NCBI GenBank assembly: GCA_965198065.1
Contig: CBDAON010000004.1
Location: 672,001 to 736,000, forward strand
Length of the DNA: 64,000 nucleotides
Reading direction: 5' to 3'
Source of the DNA: Longimicrobiales bacterium
Lineage (GTDB): Bacteria > Gemmatimonadota > Gemmatimonadetes > Longimicrobiales > Gaopeijiaceae
The notes below the pieces were generated by a model, which did no database searches, was not told where the DNA came from, and saw nothing but the letters and a program-made list of their open reading frames with translations. A program made the position numbers and the translations under genes. This document shows, one piece after another, positions 59,672 to 64,000 of this stretch. The stretch's first letter is position 1; every line of letters begins with the position of its first letter.

Positions 59672-60933
59672 GTCTCGAGGGGCCTGGGCTTGGCGGCTGG
59701 GAAGAGGACGTTGTTCAGGATCAGGCGGTACCCCGGAGACCCCGTGTGGAGGTCCAGGTTGGTGGGGGGATCTCCGATCTGGTGCTCGGCGTCCTCCGGG
59801 TCGTGCCCCCCGTAAAACGTCCACGTTCCCTCCCCGAGGGCCCCGTGGATGTACTTGGCGAAGTCTCCGCCGCTTCCGAGCACCGTCACGCCCGAGCGCA
59901 TGCGCTGGCTCCGGAACGAGGTCGTCAGGCCGTAGAAGTCGGGGATCACGGCCTCATGGTTCTGGACCAACATGGAGGGCACGGGGTCGATCTTCGCGGC
60001 GAACTCGAAGAGCGTGAAGTACCCCAGCGGCTGTCGCCCGTTCGTGTTCACCTGGTGAAAGTCGATGTCCGAGAACGCGTTCACGGTCGGGGACAGCTCG
60101 ACCCTGGCATCCGAGAACGCGAAGGCCCGCGTCCAGTCCATGAGCTCGTTCGCGTTCTCCTCAGGGGGGCGTCCGTTCGCGTAGGTCGCGCTGATGTCCG
60201 TGCTCCAGCTGGCGAGCGCGAGGTCGAGCGTCTCCGTGGCCGAGCACATGGCGAACAGGAATCCGCCCTCCTCCACGTAGGCTCGGATCTCCTCCGCGAC
60301 GGCTCGCTTCAGCGTCGGAACGTCTGCGACGCTGAACCGGTCCGCCAACTCCTGGTTACGGGTCACCTCTTCCTGGAGCCAATCTGTCCCGGTGTACGTG
60401 AGGTAGAACTTCGAGTACTGCCCCGTGAAGTCCTCGTGGTGCAGGTGCAGCCAGTCAAAGTCAGCGAGCTGTCCCTGGAGCACCTCCGCATCCCAGAGCA
60501 TCTCGTACGGGATCTCGGCGTAACTGAGCGCGAGGGTCACCGCGTCGTCCCACGGCTGCGCCGTGGGAGGCGTGTAGATGGCGATTCTCGGCGCCGTCTC
60601 CAGCGGAATGATCTCCATGTTTTCCCGCTGGATTACTGCCCGGATGTCCGCCTCGGCTCCACCGTCCAGAGCCTGGACCAGCACGCCACGGAGCGCCGCC
60701 TCACGGCGCACGTCCTCCAAGTCCGGAATGAGAAAGGAGCCGCCCCGATAGTTCAGGAGCCACTCCGCGGCCTCTCCCCGTTCGAGGAGCCAGTACGTAA
60801 GCCCGTAAGCCCGTAAGTGGTTGGTCTGCTCGAGGTCCATGGGGACCAGGAGGCGCTGGGCCGACACCCCCCCAGCCTGCCCGATTCCCGCGGCCAGGAT
60901 TGCGGCGACGAAGAGCGCGCGGCGGTCTATCAC
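59668..60933 (-). CDS. Conserved exported protein (family often labelled 'asparagine synthetase B'; GATase-like fold)
   Basis: LLVPMD..Q.NHL.AYG, WLLNYRGGSF, QPWDDAV, DWLHLHHEDFTGQ, FAMCSAT, GGHDPED, PGYRLILNNVLFP. Confidence 0.75.
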   Translation of the reverse strand: MIDRRALFVAAILAAGIGQAGGVSAQRLLVPMDLEQTNHLRAYGLTYWLLERGEAAEWLLNYRGGSFLIPDLEDVRREAALRGVLVQALDGGAEADIRAVIQRENMEIIPLETAPRIAIYTPPTAQPWDDAVTLALSYAEIPYEMLWDAEVLQGQLADFDWLHLHHEDFTGQYSKFYLTYTGTDWLQEEVTRNQELADRFSVADVPTLKRAVAEEIRAYVEEGGFLFAMCSATETLDLALASWSTDISATYANGRPPEENANELMDWTRAFAFSDARVELSPTVNAFSDIDFHQVNTNGRQPLGYFTLFEFAAKIDPVPSMLVQNHEAVIPDFYGLTTSFRSQRMRSGVTVLGSGGDFAKYIHGALGEGTWTFYGGHDPEDAEHQIGDPPTNLDLHTGSPGYRLILNNVLFPAAKPRPLET

Positions 60934-60946
60934 GATACCCCCGAGT

Positions 60947-61588
60947 TCAGTCCAGGCCCGCTCGGTACATCTGATACACCCGGCGAGCCTCCGGAGCGAG
61001 TGGATGGTTCGGGACCTCGACGATCAGGTCCTCTAGTAGCCGGACTCCCTCGGCCCTCCGGGCATCGATGCTCACGAGCCAGCGCGCGTGGCGGAGCGCG
61101 ATCTCGGGCCTCTGAGGCGCGTCCGGATGCTCCTGCAGGAAGCGCTCCCGAAGCTCGGCCGCCCGGAGAGGCTCCTCCGCCTCCGCCAGAACGGCCGCAA
61201 ACGCGAGGAACACCGGCCAGTCCTCGGCGGAGAGCTCCGGAAGCGCCTGGACGATCATCTCCGCGCCGGCGGAGCCACTGCCCACCGCGGCGAGCGCCGC
61301 AGCGCGGACCGCGAGCGCCCCGGCGTCGCGCTCCACCCGCTCCATGATCACGAGGACCTGGACCCAGAGCGTGGCCTCGTCCGCTTCCGCCGCCTCGGCG
61401 AGCGACAGGATCCCCTGGGTGGCAGCCGCGGGATCCCCACCCGGACCCAGCGCCTGGGCGATCTGCTCGGGCGAGAGCGCCGGCGTGTCCCCGCCCGACT
61501 GGGCCGAGGCGACGGCCGGCGAGGTGGTCGCGACCACGGCCGCTGCGAACACAGCGGCGGCGGCCCGGAGCGCGCTCGATGAGCTCAC
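60947..61588 (-). CDS. Exported helical (TPR-like) protein
   Basis: Signal peptide; L..HP.A...PE and LE.LI...P..PLAP.AR TPR-like tail. Confidence 0.6.
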   Translation of the reverse strand: MSSSSALRAAAAVFAAAVVATTSPAVASAQSGGDTPALSPEQIAQALGPGGDPAAATQGILSLAEAAEADEATLWVQVLVIMERVERDAGALAVRAAALAAVGSGSAGAEMIVQALPELSAEDWPVFLAFAAVLAEAEEPLRAAELRERFLQEHPDAPQRPEIALRHARWLVSIDARRAEGVRLLEDLIVEVPNHPLAPEARRVYQMYRAGLD

Positions 61589-64000
61589 GGCCGTCCGTCC
61601 CCCCGTGCCCTGCGGCTGTTCACGCGCTCGAAATATTCGAGCACCAGGCGCCGCTGCGCCGGGGTCAGGGCCTCGAGCTCCTGGGCGGTGGGCAGCTGGA
61701 TCGCGCGTGCCTCGAGCAGGTACTCGGGAATCGGAGATACGAGCTGTCGTTCGAACACGCCCAAGCCGCGGGCCTCACGCTCCTCGGTGGGCTCGTCCCG
61801 CTCGAGGGTCCGGCCCGCGGAGAGCAGGAGCTCCAGGAATCGTCCCTGCCGCTCGAACGTCGTCCCGTCCAGCCTCTGGTTCCTGAGCTCTTCGGCGATC
61901 TGACGCGCCTCCTCGGAGAGGGCCTCGAAGTTCCCGGGAGCCCGCCCGGCCCCAGGCCGCCGTGCGAGCTCGCCCAGCCGACCTGCGATGATCTCCTGCG
62001 CATTCGCGAGCTGCTCCATCCGGGCCGTAGCACCGTCCTGCCCGGGATCCTGGCCGAGGGAGCTGGACCCACGGTTCACCGACTCCTGCGCGGCCGCGAG
62101 GTTCTCGAGCTCAGATCGGATCTGGTTCTCGGTGGCACCGGCCTGCCCCGCTTGGGCGCTCTGGGAGAGAGCCGCCAGCGCGCGGAGCGCGATCTCGTTC
62201 ATGGCGCGCTCGGCGCTCGCCACGGCTTGCTCGGACTGGGCAACCGCCGCGCGGCCGCTCCCGCGGAGCGTCTCGAGGGCCTGTTCCGTCTCCGCGATCG
62301 CCCGCCCGACGGCGTCCGAGAGGTCCCGACCGATGTCGGGCGCCTGGACGGTCGCCTGGGCGAGCTGGTTCGCGAGGTTCCGGAGCCCGTCCCGGAGCGC
62401 GGTCTCCTCTCCCTGGAACTCCGCCCTTCGGGCGGGCCCAGCGCTCGGAAGCTCGTTACCGAGATCCTCCTGCCTGCGCGCGAGGGTGAGTGCGTCCTGG
62501 GCGCCCCGACGGAGGCCCTCCTGGAGCTCTAGGTTCCACTCCTCCGTCATCCCGGTGCGCGCCTCCTCCATCATGTCGAGCGCGCCCGCCAACGCCTCGG
62601 CGGCTTCGGCCGCCCGGTCGCCCGCGGCCTGGGTGTCGCCCTGTGCAGTCTCCTCGATCCCCTGCTGCATCGCGTCCCGCGCCTGGCCGATGTCCTGACT
62701 GGCCTGGTCGGTCTGCTCGGCCACCTCGGGCTCCGCCTGGTCGCGGAGATCGTCTGCAATCTGGTCCAACTGCTGCTCCAACTCCTCCGCGCGACGGGCC
62801 AAATCCTGCTGCTGCTCGATTCCCTGCCCCATGCTCAGGCTGTCCACGAGCGCATCCTGCGTGTCCGAGAGGGTTCGGAGCTCCTCCTCGGCTCCCCGCA
62901 TTGCCTCCTCGAGGACGCTCCGTCGGAGACGATCGACCATCTGCTCGAGCCTCGACCGCATCTCCTGCTGACGCGCGCTCAGGTCTCCCGCCGCTTGGGC
63001 AAGCTCATCGGAGAGCTCCTCGCTCTGGAGCGCGTCGAGGAGCTCCTCGAGCTGCTCCACCGCTCCCGCACCGAGCACCTCCTCGAGCATCCTCGCCAGC
63101 TCCTCGATCCGTTCGGCGAGCTCGAGGTCGGTCTCGTCCTGGTCCCCAAGGCTTCGGACGGCCTCCGTGAGCTGCCCCTGGAGGGCCTGGATGTCGCGGG
63201 CGACCTCGACCTGCCGCTCGACCGCCTGTTGTACATCCTGCACCTCCTCGACCGGGGCGCCGGCCACGTCGGCCCCGCCCGGCTGGTCCTGGCCCAGGCG
63301 GGTCCTCCGCTCAAGGTCGCGGAGCTCCTGCTCCTCTTGCCGGGTCCGGTCGAGGAGCTCCTGCGCTCGGGCCGCGACCTCCTCCAGGCGGCCCCTGGCG
63401 ATGTCCCGGAGCTCGGACTCCTGTGGCATGCGGAGAACGTACGTCGCGCTCTCCGCCATATGAGGGCTCGGAGCGTTGTCCGCGACGCGCGCGCGCACGA
63501 CCACCTGCTCGCCCGGACGGATGGCCCACTGGGTGAAGTCGAGGGTGGGGTGGAGGATCACGCTCTGACGATCGGCCGTGGGAATGCGGTCCACGCTCCC
63601 CCCTTCGACCTCCACCCCCTCCACGTCCCGGAGCCGGGTCTCGATCTCGATCCACGAGACCCCGTAGTCGTCCACCGCCTCGAACTCGAGCGGGAGCCGG
63701 AGCGAGAGCGGGAGCTCTCCCCCCGTGCCGGGCTCGGGGAACGTGAGCGTGGGCGCCTCGTCCGGGATCACCTCCAGGTCGAGAGGCGGCGGGAGGAGGC
63801 CTCCCTCGACACCGCCTTCGACTACCCACTCCAGGAGCGCGGATCGACTGGCCGTAAGGTCACCCGCAAAGCGCCCGTCCTCGATGGGGAGGAGCACAGT
63901 CACGTCGGCTTGCTCATCCCGGAGAGACACGGTGACCGCGGCCCCACCCTGCATACCGCCCGTGAAGCGAAGGATCGTCCCCTCCGGGACGGCCAGGGCC
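61585..64000 (-). CDS. DUF4175-type large coiled-coil protein (partial, runs off window end)
   Basis: D..P, A.DDYG, A.DN motifs, long Q/E/A coiled coil, tail V.EYF. Confidence 0.7.
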   Translation of the reverse strand, partial: ALAVPEGTILRFTGGMQGGAAVTVSLRDEQADVTVLLPIEDGRFAGDLTASRSALLEWVVEGGVEGGLLPPPLDLEVIPDEAPTLTFPEPGTGGELPLSLRLPLEFEAVDDYGVSWIEIETRLRDVEGVEVEGGSVDRIPTADRQSVILHPTLDFTQWAIRPGEQVVVRARVADNAPSPHMAESATYVLRMPQESELRDIARGRLEEVAARAQELLDRTRQEEQELRDLERRTRLGQDQPGGADVAGAPVEEVQDVQQAVERQVEVARDIQALQGQLTEAVRSLGDQDETDLELAERIEELARMLEEVLGAGAVEQLEELLDALQSEELSDELAQAAGDLSARQQEMRSRLEQMVDRLRRSVLEEAMRGAEEELRTLSDTQDALVDSLSMGQGIEQQQDLARRAEELEQQLDQIADDLRDQAEPEVAEQTDQASQDIGQARDAMQQGIEETAQGDTQAAGDRAAEAAEALAGALDMMEEARTGMTEEWNLELQEGLRRGAQDALTLARRQEDLGNELPSAGPARRAEFQGEETALRDGLRNLANQLAQATVQAPDIGRDLSDAVGRAIAETEQALETLRGSGRAAVAQSEQAVASAERAMNEIALRALAALSQSAQAGQAGATENQIRSELENLAAAQESVNRGSSSLGQDPGQDGATARMEQLANAQEIIAGRLGELARRPGAGRAPGNFEALSEEARQIAEELRNQRLDGTTFERQGRFLELLLSAGRTLERDEPTEEREARGLGVFERQLVSPIPEYLLEARAIQLPTAQELEALTPAQRRLVLEYFERVNSRRARGDGRP

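Noticed and set aside
59668..60933. Literal asparagine synthetase activity
   Set aside because: Has a signal peptide and lacks the N-terminal Cys Ntn domain and the SGGLDS motif of AsnB.

Overview
GC-rich bacterial window; the gene set and protein styles suggest Gemmatimonadota (inference, not checked). Most of it is intact housekeeping backbone: rluB-scpB-scpA, rpsT, pyrR-pyrB-pyrC, tadA, lexA-like, gltX, ispG, gdh, purH-purN, valS, a JAB-DinG helicase and several transporters. There are two accessory zones. (1) About 0.6-7.9 kb: a surface-glycan modification cassette (WecB, carbamoyltransferase, deacetylase-like) bracketed by two copies of an IS91/ISCR oriIS-like end, followed by FkbM, a structured att-like stretch and an IS256. 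(2) About 34.07-46.11 kb: a tandem pair of related integrative islands at tRNA-Ser(TGA). Each is bounded by a different but covarying tRNA 3' half, carries GGGTAACA arm-like repeats, and has a lambda Bor/Iss-like lipoprotein gene next to its distal end. Only a truncated tyrosine integrase remains, next to an unlisted 46-aa membrane peptide gene framed by ~40-bp repeats. The LexA homologue has lost all self-cleavage residues. Several genes carry +1/+2 insertions that may be long-read errors. All product calls come from motif recognition by eye; no database searches were run.
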